Position numbers and translations under genes: made by a program | Notes under the pieces: generated by a model | Seen by the model: only the letters and a program-made list of their open reading frames with translations | What the model was told of the DNA's origin: nothing | Databases searched by the model: none | NCBI GenBank assembly: GCA_964304625.1 | Contig: OZ199838.1 | Coordinates: forward strand, 14,689,907-14,753,906 | Source: Kudoa neothunni | Taxonomy: Eukaryota > Animalia > Cnidaria | Direction: 5' to 3' | DNA length: 64,000 bases | Shown here: piece by piece, positions 41,777 through 55,159 of the stretch | Layout: every line of letters starts with the position of its first letter | Position numbering within the stretch: the stretch's first letter is position 1

Positions 41777-42217
41777 CCCTTTCATGCCTATTGTATGGTA
41801 TACTGAACATTAACTTCTTCCCCGTTTAAAATGAACATTTAACTATTGCTTCGCATTTGGTACAAACATATAATTTTAACTCAAATAGATGTATAAAAAT
41901 CGTTAATATTATATTTTTTAAGAAAATTGATATGTAGTAAATTTCATGAACAGTGTTCAATTCTCCATACCACATTCGTCCTTAAAGTGATGTATTAATT
42001 TATAAACCGAATTATATTATTTTTTTAAACAAAAATTATTACAATTACCATACGTTGTTGCTAATTAAATTTGCCTATTTAAATATTAAGAAACTTATTA
42101 TTATCTGAAATAATACGATTTTAAGTCTTGCCAGTACATTGAACAAAATTTATAACTTAAAATTATTAGGTCAACAAATTTTTTTCAGGAATAAACAAAA
42201 ATTCAGGCAAGAAAGGA
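41777..42217. mobile_element. piggyBac-like MITE
   Basis: gtaa|ccctttcatgcct ... aggcaagaaagga|ttaa (11/13 TIR). Confidence 0.55.
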
Positions 42218-42230
42218 TTAACAATATTAA

Positions 42231-42306
42231 CCCTCTAAATAAAAGTGGGGTAGAAATCTACCCCACTTTTATTTAGAGGGTGTAAATCTTTCAGTTACTT
42301 AAAAGG
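42231..42306. mobile_element. 76-bp minimal piggyBac derivative containing a perfect hairpin
   Basis: TTAA on both sides. Positions 42230-42254 and 42257-42281 are perfect 25-bp inverted arms with a 2-nt loop. Confidence 0.8.
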
Positions 42307-42839
42307 TTAATTAACAATCACTAACCTCACAAAACTTTCTAACAATACAATTGCCAAATTCTCCAGATTCTCAAAAAAGAGTTGCATTTTTATTAGGTTT
42401 ACCCATGTTTGGTGAAAAACTTGAGCCCGCTGTAATTGGCCATTATGGTAATCCAAGAATAATTTAAAAATTAATGCAAACGCCGGTCACAAATTTTGTA
42501 GAAAAGAAAACATGGATTACTTCTGATATATTGACCAATTATTTAACCCTTAACTTAGAAGCCAAATCCATATTTACTTTAATATTATATGGTGGTTTAA
42601 CGAAGGCAGAGGCTATTTGCATGGTAAATTCTAATCCAAAAAGGCATGTCCGCCTGCGTGATGACTATTTTTAATCCCAGCGACTCTTATTCACAAGTTG
42701 TCTACAGATTTCACTTTTAGACTTGGCTTAATTAAATTATTTTTGGCTTAGTCCTTCACTCTTAGTGATAAAAAATAATTTAAAATAGTAAACATTAGTG
42801 GCGTCGGAATATTATTTACTATGCAAGTAGCCATTTTAA

Positions 42840-44728
42840 CCCTCTAAGGTTTTTGGGGTGTATTACACCCCAGAGCGACTTTAAAATAAGCATATCTCTC
42901 TTTGCAAATACCTGACCAACTGATAACTCACGTTATTCTTGTAAAAACACCTATAATATAGGATAAAATATGAAAATTAAAAATTTATTGAAGGTATACA
43001 TTTTTATCGGAAGATTATCTTCTAAGGTTTTTGGGGTGTATTTAACCCCAGATTTTTTTGTGTTTAAAAAAACAAGTATATTATTTTAAACATAAATTAA
43101 AAGTTTTAGTTGTTTTAAACAGGTAGATGATTACAAAAATCACGCCTGAAATTGAAGTAGTTTGAGCGCGCATGCGCGACACGGGTTGTTGAGCATTTAG
43201 CGTGAGTGATTTCGGCGACTTCAGTGATGAATGTGGTTCATATGATAGCGAATATGACGATTTTATTATCGAACATTTTGAAAACGATGAAGAGAGTATT
43301 GGAAAGAATATTGTCCATAGTAATATTTTAATAAGTAAAAGCGGTATCACATGGAGCGATACAAAGCCACCTGCGACATAAACCATTGCCGCAAACATTA
43401 TGGAATCTGCACCTGGTCCTACTTCATATGCGTTTTTTAAGATAAAAACAATTGTCGACTGTTTTTTGCTGTTTTTCAATGATGAAGTATGCTCAACAAT
43501 AATAAAATACATCAACGCGTTCGGTACAAAACATTTCAAAGAAGAGTGGTTTGAAGTAGACATTGTTGAATTTAACGGTTACTTGGGCCTCCTTATACTG
43601 ATGGGAATGCATAAGGATCGACAAGAGCTTTTATGTGAACTTTTCAGTGTCAAGGAAAGCGAAGAAATATGGCTTGAAATTTTTCATGTTGGCTGATCCG
43701 ATCTCGAACTATATCTTAAATATCAATATCTATTTGGGGAAGAACAATTCCGACAACACAAGACAATGTAACCTTGGTGAAAGCGTAGTTCTCTCTTGGT
43801 CAATACCTCTTTTTTATTCTGACCGAAAGGTGTTGGCTGACAATTTTTTTTTGTCATTTTCGCTCGTCGAAAAATTGATGGATAAAAATCGAAGGCTGTC
43901 ATTCTTTTGACAAGTGGCACTACAGATGACTCTGTATCGGATAAAGAGTTTAAATTCAAACCCAACGCTATATTGAATTACAACCAAATTAGAGGTGGTG
44001 TTGATAACATTGATAGAATGCTTGCATCTGTTTCAGTTCGCAGGTTTGCGAGGAAATGTCCCATGATAATGTTTTTTAATATGGTCGACCTCTCCTCAGT
44101 TAATGCGTTTGCGTTATATAGAGATATTTTCAATGATTCAAAGAGGAACAGGCGTGCCTTTCTGAAAGGAATTGCTCAATGTGTTTAGGATCCTCTTCTT
44201 TCTAGAAATATGCCAAGCAGAATCATAAAGAATGTACCAAAAGGTGATCGTTTTCCGAAAAAAGCACCTCCCATTGGTCTGAAATAATGTAGATGTGAAT
44301 ATTGCGAAAGAAAAAAAGACCGTAAAACATCGCAATTGTGCAAATCTTGTTTCAAATATTACTGCTCGCATCATTCATCTAACACTTAATTTAAATGTGA
44401 AAAATAGCGTCTATTATCATTAAATATATTTCTTTTCTCTTGCGATTCATTTATAATTGGCCAGTACTCTTAGAACAACAAATTAATGTTATATCTCAAC
44501 CAACGAGTATATATACGAGTAGTGCGTATAAGTGTACTAAATAAGATTGGGGTGTGATTAATGCGCATATATCGTTATGTATTTATAGGGTTTCCTCCCA
44601 ATAGATTTGCTTTATAATTTACAAATAATGTTTTTGTAATTTTTTGCATATATTCCACAAATAAAAATTCGGGGTTGATTACACTCCAAAAACCTTAGTG
44701 AGGTATCGAATTTTTGATTGTTAGAGGG
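42840..44728 (+). mobile_element. piggyBac element with a decayed, internally deleted transposase
   Basis: TTAA|ccctctaa...ttagaggg|TTAA with subterminal repeats taaggtttttggggtgta. Protein fragments include GYLGLLILMG, KAKKYGLKFFMLAD, DNFF, YNQIRGGVDNIDRM and a Cys-rich tail. Confidence 0.92.
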
Positions 44729-44732
44729 TTAA

Positions 44733-44950
44733 CTATCATAAAATAAAAATTTGGGGTCAATAGAAAGACCCCAAAATCGTAGGAACGTAACTTATTGTTC
44801 TATTGTGAATTTATTTTCAAAAGTTAAGAATTTGTAAGTATTGAAAATTAACAATAATAACATAAACTTCAAGTATTTCGAAATAACATGTAAGATATTA
44901 TCAGTTTAAAAATCATTTAGGCGTCTAAAAGACCCAAGTTCGTCAGAAGA
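44733..44950. mobile_element. Possible degenerate piggyBac-like MITE abutting the previous element
   Basis: TTAA-bounded, with ggggtc..gacccc subterminal palindromes. Confidence 0.35.
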
Positions 44951-45036
44951 TTAAATATCTTTCAAATTTATGAGGCTATAAAGTTTTATTCGAATAAAGT
45001 TTAAACACTTGGCATTATTTATAATTTAATTTATAA

Positions 45037-45338
45037 CAGGGTAGGCAAACGTTTATATCCGAGGGCCGCATGGAGATAATATGTCAAAACAAGGGAACAC
45101 AACATTGCAAAAATAGCCGTTTATATTAACGTTAGAATACAAATAGAACAATAAATTTTTGTTTCGAATTAATCCATTTCGAATTGAATAGCTGAAATCA
45201 CTTGAAAATATGTTTCTCACGCATTTGAGAAAAAAACATAGTGAATATCTAGTAATATAAAATTTCGCTGAGATTCATAACGAAAGAGTTCGCGGGTAGC
45301 ACCGAGACTTCTCATGAACCGCAGTTATCCCATCCAAG
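45037..45338. mobile_element. Degenerate hAT-type MITE
   Basis: Left end cagggtaggcaaac...gagggccgca is clear. The right end ccgcagttatcccatcc is degraded. Confidence 0.4.
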
Positions 45339-45709
45339 ATCCGTCATGATTTAAAATCTATAAAATGAACAAAACACACATTAATAGGATGACATGTTCT
45401 GGCGGGAAATACTTTTTCTATCTCTGGAAACATCGCCCATTTGTAAATGAAATTAAAATAACTAATAATATTTTATAATTTTTAACTAAAGATTAAACAC
45501 CAATATTAAAAAGCCACAAACAATAATTACGAATTAGAAAAATAAATAAGCATATTTCCCTCATTAATAATGATCACCACAAATTTTCATGAACATCTGA
45601 AGCTAAACGACTAACAAACATTGTTGTTATTACGCAAATAAGAAAAAAATATAAATAAATAGTTCCTGTAAAAAAGTTGTTATTGCAAAATAACTAGAAA
45701 GGCACCTAA

Positions 45710-48102
45710 TCATAAAGTTTCCTGACCATGAGACGAGATCTCTTCTAAGAAACTAGAAAATACCTCAAATTTAAATAAAAACAAATTTGTAGCCAACCTT
45801 TTTGAGTTGTGTACTGTGGTACCTCCTAGGTAGAATTTAGGAGTACTCATGGTCTTATTCAACTGATTTACAAGGCAGATTTCTTCGTAGGCGATTCCGC
45901 CAATGATAAATACAATTAGCTCATCGACTCTAATTGTCAAAATGAACGAAATATTAGACAAATCTTTGGATTAAAGAGTATACTTTGTAAATTCGATTTG
46001 TTTATGATCATACCAATAAGGAAAATCTACAGTTGATAGTTTGCCTTGAAGAAGTAGACCAATAATTTTTGAAAGCAGAGGTTTGTGTTGTGTGTAAATA
46101 TTTTCAATTCCCTGAAAAACGTAAAAATCAATATAAGCATAAGCAATCGTAAAAAGTTTCACCTTTATATCCTTAAAAAAACGAGAAGCTTTTAGTTTGT
46201 TTGTGATATTTTTTCTATCCAATTCATTTTCAAACAGTTCAATTTTACGAGTGTGTATCCCACAATAGTTTTCAATCACATCAAACAACTACACAGACAC
46301 AAATTGTAACTTTGAGCAAAAATAGACTGGCTGTAATAATAGCTCAACCAGTGACTATTGGATATACTCGAATAAGATGAGGTTCCAAGCCTCGATCGCT
46401 TAGCAACGTTTTAAACTTGGAAACATAGTTTTTGGAATCCGAACAACCACATCTGATACAAAACAATAGCGCCAGTCGAAAGACATCATATCGATCAAAT
46501 GTGGGGTCGTTTATTTTAGCAATAATTTCCTTCATATAACAGATAACATTTCATCTAAAGCACAACTATAATATTCAACTTTGTAATGCTGTTTCTCATT
46601 TATATCTCCAATAATATTTTGTTCCATTTCTGAAATTTCCAATAGTTTTCTCTGTTGGATAACATCCGAAATTTCGCTAACCAAAGTAACATGTTTGGCG
46701 ATGTTGTTAGAGGTTTTTCTAAAGATTGGATAGTTTTCGACAAAATCCTACAAAAAAATTATATATTGAAAATCAAAAACAAAACACCTTAATATCATTG
46801 ATTGATTCAAGTTGAGCGTTGCTTTGAACAGAATTTTTATATACATCGATTAGGTTTTTCATATTCATCGCGAATTCGCCATAATTTAAAAATGCGTTTT
46901 GAGCGTAGATTTGATCGTTTTCGAGTGAGAGAGTGATCTCTTTGGCATCTTTTTTAAATTTTTCGTCTTTTAAACTGTCCAACGAGATGCTATTATTCTT
47001 TATGGTGAAAAGCTCGTGCAACATTGCTTGATAGGTCCACTGAGTGAGAAGTGGGGTGATGGGATCGAAGTTCCGATGTAGTATTAACAGCATTGTTTTT
47101 TTTCTATTTCCACCAAAGAAAACATCACTATTAATGTCGATGTTGGTTTCAACTAGATGGTTGTTTAGTGTTTCGACTCGATCTTGTAACAAATTCTAAA
47201 ACCACTCTATTCAAAGCAGGCATTCCAATAATAAAATATACCACAAGATCACTACACAATGTTGCAGCAATCGTTGAATTCTTCGAATAACGTATTATTG
47301 GGGTGGATCTCAGTGATAACAATAATGACACCAAACCTTCCATTACACGATTTCGCGCTGATTGTACCCATATATTACCCTTAAATTGTGCAATGTTGTA
47401 ATTTTGGTGATAAAAAATATTGGTTATTGTACTCGATATGAAATCGGTTGATTGAATGAGAAAACCTGAGAACTGATAGGATAGTAATCTGCGTATATTT
47501 CCTACAAAATTGCCAAAATGAATTATTCAACTTCTAAGAGCTTTATTGTTCTACCTTCACATCCTTAACAACCTCATATTGATCCATTCGCGCTAACTTT
47601 TTCAAATCAATATCACTCAGAAATCCGGTAAAATCTATATTCATTTGTCAACTCGAATGTACTGGGTGAAATCACATAGATAATATGAACCAAATCTTGG
47701 ATTGGCTAATTCATTCTCTATGCTTTCAATATTGTTCTACGAAGAGAGTATTTGAATAGAAATGATTTATCCAATTTCACCATGTAAAACCTAGCATTTA
47801 CTTTTGTTGGGCGTAAAAATAGCATAGCTTTTAAAAAGTTTGATTTTTCTATTAATCCATCGTTTGATGATTTTGGAGGGCCGTCCTCAAATCGTTCAAA
47901 TAGATAAATATTATTTTGAAGCAATTCGGTTTGTGTAAACGCTAACGTCACAATTCCAATCTATTGCACGCTTACTATTACTGAGCCACAGCGAATTCAA
48001 AATTACAGTTTCTTTATCCATTATTAATGCTTTCATATCATCTTTTCCAGTGTTATTTACAATTTCATGAATATACAAGCGGATTGACGTCACTAAACTC
48101 AT
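45710..48102 (-). CDS. VPS45: Vacuolar protein sorting 45 (Sec1/Munc18 family), multi-exon
   Basis: Contains MKALIMDKET, FTQTELLQNNIYLFER, FLRPT, LLILHRNFDPITPLLTQWTYQAMLHEL, GIENIYTQHKP and IVFIIGGIAYEE..LGGTTVHNS. Confidence 0.95.
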
Positions 48103-48365
48103 TCCAAGCATGCGCGAACGATGAAACAACACATTTCCATATATAACATGCATTTGAATTAAAATTTATTAAAATTCGTTGAGTAGCAGAATTGTTTAAA
48201 GATCTTATAATTATCAAATTTTTATATTAGAAATAAATTTTTTTGTAGTAATTATATTAAATTTACCTAATGTGTTTTTGATTATAATATATTACAATAA
48301 ATCCGAAAAATTATTTAAAAAAAATATGGATAAAATTTAAGTATTTAAGATAAAAACATTATTAA

Positions 48366-50385
48366 CCTTCCAAGCTTATCAAAGAAGACTATACACCAAC
48401 CAGTTTTGGGGTCCAGGAGGACCCCGGATTTTTATTGCCTATTTTGACCCACAATATTATGAAATATGATTATATTCTTTAAAAAAGTTTTTTATCAGAG
48501 CGATAACGAAATAATCATAATTTACTTGTGTGTCGATTGCAGTCGATATCCTCCGAGTAGATATTTATTAATTTTACATGTTTAAATATTAATGAATTTA
48601 TATTTTAATATACCATATGAACTTTAAACAACATTATCTAGATATTAAAAGGATAGTCGAATTTTCGAAAATTCTAATAATATCTGAAAATACAATATTA
48701 CCTAATTGATATTAATAAAAAAATTAGGCACATCTACCGTTGCGAGCTCACCTAGAGACCAATCATTCATAATAAAATATGGATTAATAATTAATGATCG
48801 AATAATTAATATATTTCTTAACTAAGCTAAAAAGCCTAAAATATTATTAATTAAAAATATATGTAACTAAAGAAATTTTAATAGCCATTTTTTGTTTCCG
48901 TTTCTAACAAATAATTCTCGGATGTTTGTTGCAATAATGTTCGGAGCAATAACAACATTTGTTCTTTATTTTTATATCTGAGAATTAAGCGTATAGAATA
49001 CACTTCTTTTCATCGTGGATGAAATACTATCTACCATATCCATGCAAACTTAGTTTTGTCATAATCGACGATAATTTGGGAATTTTTGTCTGATCACGGC
49101 ATAAATTAACATTGTTTAAGGACGTAGCCAATAAAATGATCGCGTTGTCCCTTTTAAGAAAATTGAACTAAAAACTCCCTCTATTTCTTGATTTTAAGAA
49201 TTAATGAGATATCCCGTTTATTATGCCGGATAGTCTCCTGAACGGTTAAGCTTAGGTTAAGAAGTTTGTTTGCCAACGGAACCGAAGGGGAAAAATTATC
49301 GCAAAAAATGTTTCTACTGGCCTTTTCAAGTGCGATAAGAGCTCTACAACCTTTTCACCAACATATTTAGTGATCTGGTCATTGTTTCTTCCAAGACAAA
49401 CGAAAATATTACATGTATAATTTGTAGGAGGGGCAGTTAAAAGAAAAAAAATTTAATGCCATAAAGTGTATGTTTGGGGGAATATACTGCGCAAAAGGAT
49501 ACCAGACTCTCAATGAGACTAATTGTTCATCAACAATAAGACGAGCAGAGGGAATTAGCCACATCGGCAAAGTACTTTTCCACCTGTTGAAAGCATCGGT
49601 TACATGGAAAAACTTATCGACTTCCCACCGTAAACTCTTGTCTCGCAGTCATCAAAGTGGACACTTCCGTTTATATGGGTGAACCTATTCAGCAGCATGA
49701 TTCTGTGAAGTATATCATGCCCTTTATTCAAGCTCCATAATTGCTTAAGAGATTCCATTTTAGATTTAAAAATTGACATATATACCAGAATTCCTATATA
49801 TGCTTTAAATTGCATTACATTCAGATTTTTCTAATTAATTCCGTAACGAAAAGGAGAAAATTTATTAGTGTAGGTAATGGCAGAATTGAGAAATTCATCA
49901 TCAAAAAAATAGAAAAACTGTTCTGTAAATTGTAAATCCAGGATATTACAAATGTAGTCAGACCTAGAGGTTTGTTTAAGGTGTTTTCTTTCTTAATTTT
50001 TGTATTTGAAGGCACAACTGAAGACCATAACACATTGTTTTTGTCCCTACACGTGTTAGTGATGCCATAATCATCTGAACTATCATAATGATATGAAGAG
50101 AAATATTCTTCAATAATATCTTCAATTTCATCGCAATCAGAATCATAACTTGTTAGAAAACCGTCATATAACTCTGTCATTTCTAACGGCCGGCAAGAAT
50201 CAATATCGTTCGATCAATATCGGAAACACAAACCTTGATTTTTCTCAATATTTAATGGATGTAACCTTTCTAGATTAAAATATTTTATTTTATATAATTT
50301 TATAAATGTTATTATGAAATAAAAACAGGATCTTTTGGACCCCAATTATACTTGGAGGGTGTAAATTTTCATGTGACTTAGAAGG
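48366..50385 (-). mobile_element. piggyBac element with a decayed transposase on the minus strand
   Basis: TTAA|ccttccaag ... cttagaagg|TTAA. Acidic N-terminus (49821-50180), fragment FKAYIGILVYM..LNRF..HFDD, and a Cys/His tail near 48930. Confidence 0.88.
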
Positions 50386-51541
50386 TTAATTAAAAATCTT
50401 ATTCTTATGTATTATAACCACGTAAAAATTATAATCTGTCTTTAAAATGCGTTGAGATTTATTTTTTATCCGATTTTTTAACGAACGCTCAATATAATCA
50501 ATATGTTTCCATCAATTTTTTGTGCATGCGCGCCCATTTTGAAACTACTCATTTTTAAATCTATTCCACATCTAAAAATTGTAAAAGCTGAAACTTTTAA
50601 AAAGAGACATAAGAGATTAAGTTTTAATATATATATTTGCCTTGAACTAGATATGTTATATAACTATAAATAATGATTCGGTAGATAATACATTACAGTA
50701 ATCCCTAAGTAACTTCAAAAAAAATTTCAAATATTTATATGAATATTTTAAAACTATGAAAAATTCTATTTTAACAATTCATTATCGAACATATTACAAT
50801 TATGCATACAAATAGATTGCATGGTATAAACGGCGCCGTTTCAAATATTTGAATAAGTATTCTAATGTTATGATTAATCAAAATTAATTTGATTCTAAAT
50901 AAATAAAAATTACTATAACATTTGCAAACTGTTTTGGAGAAAACATTAAAAATAGATCTTCATGGAGGTGCGAATTTCATTGTTATTCATTTAAATGAAC
51001 ATTGGGCACTTAAGGATTAATCGATTGGTTATAGCTTACACGGCCATTTCATCATTATATAGCAAATATGAAATTTCTGTTGTATATAAATTCACTAATA
51101 TAACTTTCAAAGTGTACGTATCGAACTGAATACATTAACAAGTCCCTGCAGAAGGATCGTATTTGCATGCGCCCCCAAATGGACACACCTGATTGATATA
51201 CACAGATAGATGACACTGTTAAATTAACTTCTGATTAGATCATATTGGAGAGAATGTCGGATTCAACTGATTATCACATTGAAATACGCTCGATTTCAAT
51301 CTTTTTCTTGGAATCGTTTAATCCTTAAAAAATCTTAAAACTGAAGAAATCAATGTTTTCCAAATATTCTTTAGCTTTTAGAAGTGTAGAAAAAGCTTAA
51401 TGGATTTTTACAACAACATAAATTATTAAAAGTTTTCTAAATATCTGCTTATGCTTATAAAGGGATGAATTTTTGCCGCGCGTGCATACTCGCTTACACA
51501 CAGTCTTGCAAGCATTCCTTTTTATACATATAAAAGATATA

Positions 51542-53266
51542 CAGTATTTCAACATCAAATTGCAATTGATGCATTCGCTAACATAATTTGCTAAATGGAG
51601 CCGAACTCTTTCAGATTATAATAGGTATTATTTAATTAAATAAACATAGTTTGATCTAAAAATATGTAGTTAATTTTATAAATTTGCTTTAATATTCAAA
51701 AAAAGAGAAAACCTGGATATTTTAGTTTTCGGTCTTTATTTTAGCATAATATCATTATTTCAAAATAAACAAAATATTACGTAGTTTTATGCACCGAAAA
51801 CAGTTCTTCTCGAGGTATCTTTAATTTATTGTTAAATATCTTTATTTAGGTTTACATTAACTATGTAAAATCACATATCGAAATTGTGATGGAAGAAATC
51901 ATTTATTGATAAATATATATTTTAAGATAATTAATATCTCGCATCAAATTCCTACCATTTATAAAAGTTTATTTTTCTTTTCTGTATTTGACGCGATTTA
52001 ATCCATTAGTTTAATACAATACAAAAAGCTGTCCAAAGGAGAAATTTATTCCCAAAATGACAAAAAATAATATATGATGGTGAATTTTCTATAATTTCGG
52101 TATTAAGGCATCTAATGAAGTATGTCTCTGCACACTTAAAATAATTTGAGCATTGCTGAGATGTTTCTTGGGATGAGTTATTCTACTGCTGTAATCAAAT
52201 CATGTGGAATTCGTGGATTTTTACTCCTAACAATAGATTTAAGTTGATAAAATAACTCCTTAGTGGGATTTAAGAAAGGTAAACATGTTGGAAGAAAGAG
52301 AACTTTGTTTCTAATCGTATTAATAATGTTCACGACAGTATCAGTTATATGAAACTCCAAATTGCCTATTATTATTAATGAATTTGGAACTTTATTTTCA
52401 TCAAATTCCGAGGAAAGCTGATTAACACAATCCAAAAAAACTGTCGAGTTCATTGATCCTTCACATAATTACATAATTTGCTGGTCCAAAGTTTGGTGTA
52501 GGCAATAGATGCAATCAAAGCGATATTCTTTGATCGGATAGAACTAACCATTAGGTGTGATCTAGTTCCAACTGATGATCGACCAAAGGTTCTTCGCATT
52601 GACAGTGAAAATCCAGATTCATCGATGAACCTAATATGGGGTAACTCTGGCCTTAAGTTAAGATATTGTAAAACATAACTAAAAAAATTTGGATTAGAAC
52701 TAAATTAGCAACAACTTTTTTCTTTAATTATGTTTTCGGGTTACATGGATTAGTGATATTTTATTAAGGAGTAATGGAAACTCCTCAAAACATTGCTTAT
52801 GGTTTGCCTCGAAAGGTTTAGTTGGTATTTGGGTTTTAATGCATCTGCAAATGATTTAAGGTGATAGTTCAATCGAAATTGACACATTCAAGTATATATT
52901 TTTTTGTTCAAGGCTTAAAACAGATCGTTTATTTCCATCTGTCCTTTTTTAAAAACGTTAAATTTGGCGTCAAACTGTTTTATTATTAGACCAACAGTAT
53001 TAGGGTGGTATTTGACGACACCAGCAATCTGTTGCTTTGTATTTCCCTCTTTTAAAACAAAATTTAATATAATTTCAAATTCGCACAATCAAACATCGTA
53101 AAATTTAACAATAGCCGTTCTTATGATTGAAACAATCCTTGAATATAGTTATCAATATGGGACTTCAATTGTAAAGATTGAAAACTCTGAGCCGCTTGAA
53201 TAGTGGTCTGACATCTTTTTCTGGCGCGAGCGCCGATTGCAAATTTATGTTGATGTTGAAATATTG
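51542..53266 (-). mobile_element. Tc1/IS630-like element with a decayed transposase (~52100-53100)
   Basis: TA|cagtatttcaacatcaa ... ttgatgttgaaatattg|TA (16/17). Protein fragments RFIDESGFSLSMRRTFGRS, GSMNSTVF and VLFLPTCLPFLNPTKELFYQLK. Confidence 0.88.
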
Positions 53267-54004
53267 TAGTAGATGATTGTTATAATGCAAGGATTTTATT
53301 TCACCTCGTAAAACATTTAAATCTTATGGATTTGAAACTTACTATAGTCCACGTGGACTTACTTTATCAGGGAATACATTCAAAAAAGGGAGTATTTAAT
53401 AATTATTCGAGAAGCAATCATCCCATAAAAAATCTATATTTTTTTAACCGAAAGATACATAAACAATATTACTCCAAGATTGTGCATAGTTTCCGTGAAA
53501 ATTGCATTAAACTTAGGATTAATCTCGTTCGGTATGTTTCGAGTAACTCATCGTTTTGTTTTAGTTTTAATCTGTTTGTTATTGTTTTTAAATTCTCTAG
53601 GATCATAAATTATATAAAAAACTTCAAATTTTTGACAATATGAAATATCGAGTTAGGATATACTAAAAGGTATACTCATAAGGTATTCACAAATATTTAC
53701 CATTATTAGAATTTTACGATTTTAGGGATTACATGCTAGAAATTCGAAAATTATGACAAAACTATAAATGTTACAAACGAACCGCCGAATCTTTGATGTT
53801 TTATAAACGTCTGGAATGTTACGTCTGATTGTTAATCATTAAAGGTTAACTTTGTCTCTGGCCGGCTCGATAGTAAACTCGATATTAATGTTTATTTTAA
53901 CAATGAGCAAATGCAAGCGCAAAAAACAACTGAAACCGACAAAGGAGAAATTTCTCCATTCGTCAAATATAAATGTAAAAATATAGTAGTGTTGAGTGAG
54001 AACA

Positions 54005-55159
54005 TTATTTACGCCAGTTGAACTTTTTATATGCTACCTTTGAGGTCCTATAAACATTGTAAAACCTTCGATAATTCCAGTAGAGAGCGAGGGTTATTGG
54101 AACCATGGTCAACATTCCCTAAAATCATCTTGATTCATAATAAGAACCATTTACATCATACTTTCACGTATAACAATTCTTTATCTTCCCAGTAGACAGC
54201 TAAATTGCATCGACGACAAAATCAGATCGAATGAAAACACACACACACACAACTCACTTGCAGTGTAGCGCAAAAATACCGCCAGATCTTTAGCCATCTG
54301 AGAAACTGTAGCAGGTGTACCATCCTCATATTCCACTTGGCCATCCACCAATGGAGGAGCCATTCCAATAATGTTACCAGGAAAATATAGATTATAGTAT
54401 TGACCATCTTTTAGAGTGATATCCTCAGGAGTGTCGACGTATCCCAACAATAATGAGAACACATAGTCCTATAGCAACGATATTTGAACGCATAATCGAA
54501 TACTGTAGTCAATTAGTTGTTACCTCCTTGTGTTCCCTGCAATTCACTATTTTGGAGAGATCAGTCGGGTTAGCGCCACCATTCATGTACATGGCTTGAT
54601 TCTCATTTTCAAAGGGTGCAGGGAATCCATCTAATAACTACAAAAGCCATTAATAACTGTTACTCATCAAGTGCAGATTACGTTTCGAGGTCTCTTATGC
54701 ACTTCACCAGTATCGTCTGGCTCATCATCAATATCATATTCGCTGGCTATCGCTTTCAATTCTTCCTCGGTGTGAGATATATTCACAAAATCGTGAAACA
54801 CCAACAGTTTCATGGTATGACAACTGGCACACACCTCCTTATATACTTGAAAACCACGCCTAATACTAACAACAAAAATAAAGTTGTCATATGACAGAAT
54901 AAAAATAATGGTCAACCTTGCGTGATCTAAACTACGAAAGCGATGAGTGTGGTACCAATCTAATTTCGGAGGATGAAAATATGACACGGTCGCTTTCACC
55001 GTTTCTGGCACACATCCCAAAACTATAGGGAATCCTATTAGACCAGCTGCTCCAGCAATCACATAATTTCTGTTTATCTTGATTTAAATCAAAACAATTT
55101 TCTTGAATTAATTTAGCAATTACTTTTGACAATAGTGAGGAAAACAGGCTAATCGTCAT
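54005..55159 (-). CDS. CYC1: Cytochrome c1, heme protein of complex III, multi-exon
   Basis: Contains SLDHA|[19 protein letters not shown] (CxxCH heme motif), [32 protein letters not shown] and [17 protein letters not shown], with a C-terminal TM helix and basic tail. Confidence 0.96.
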
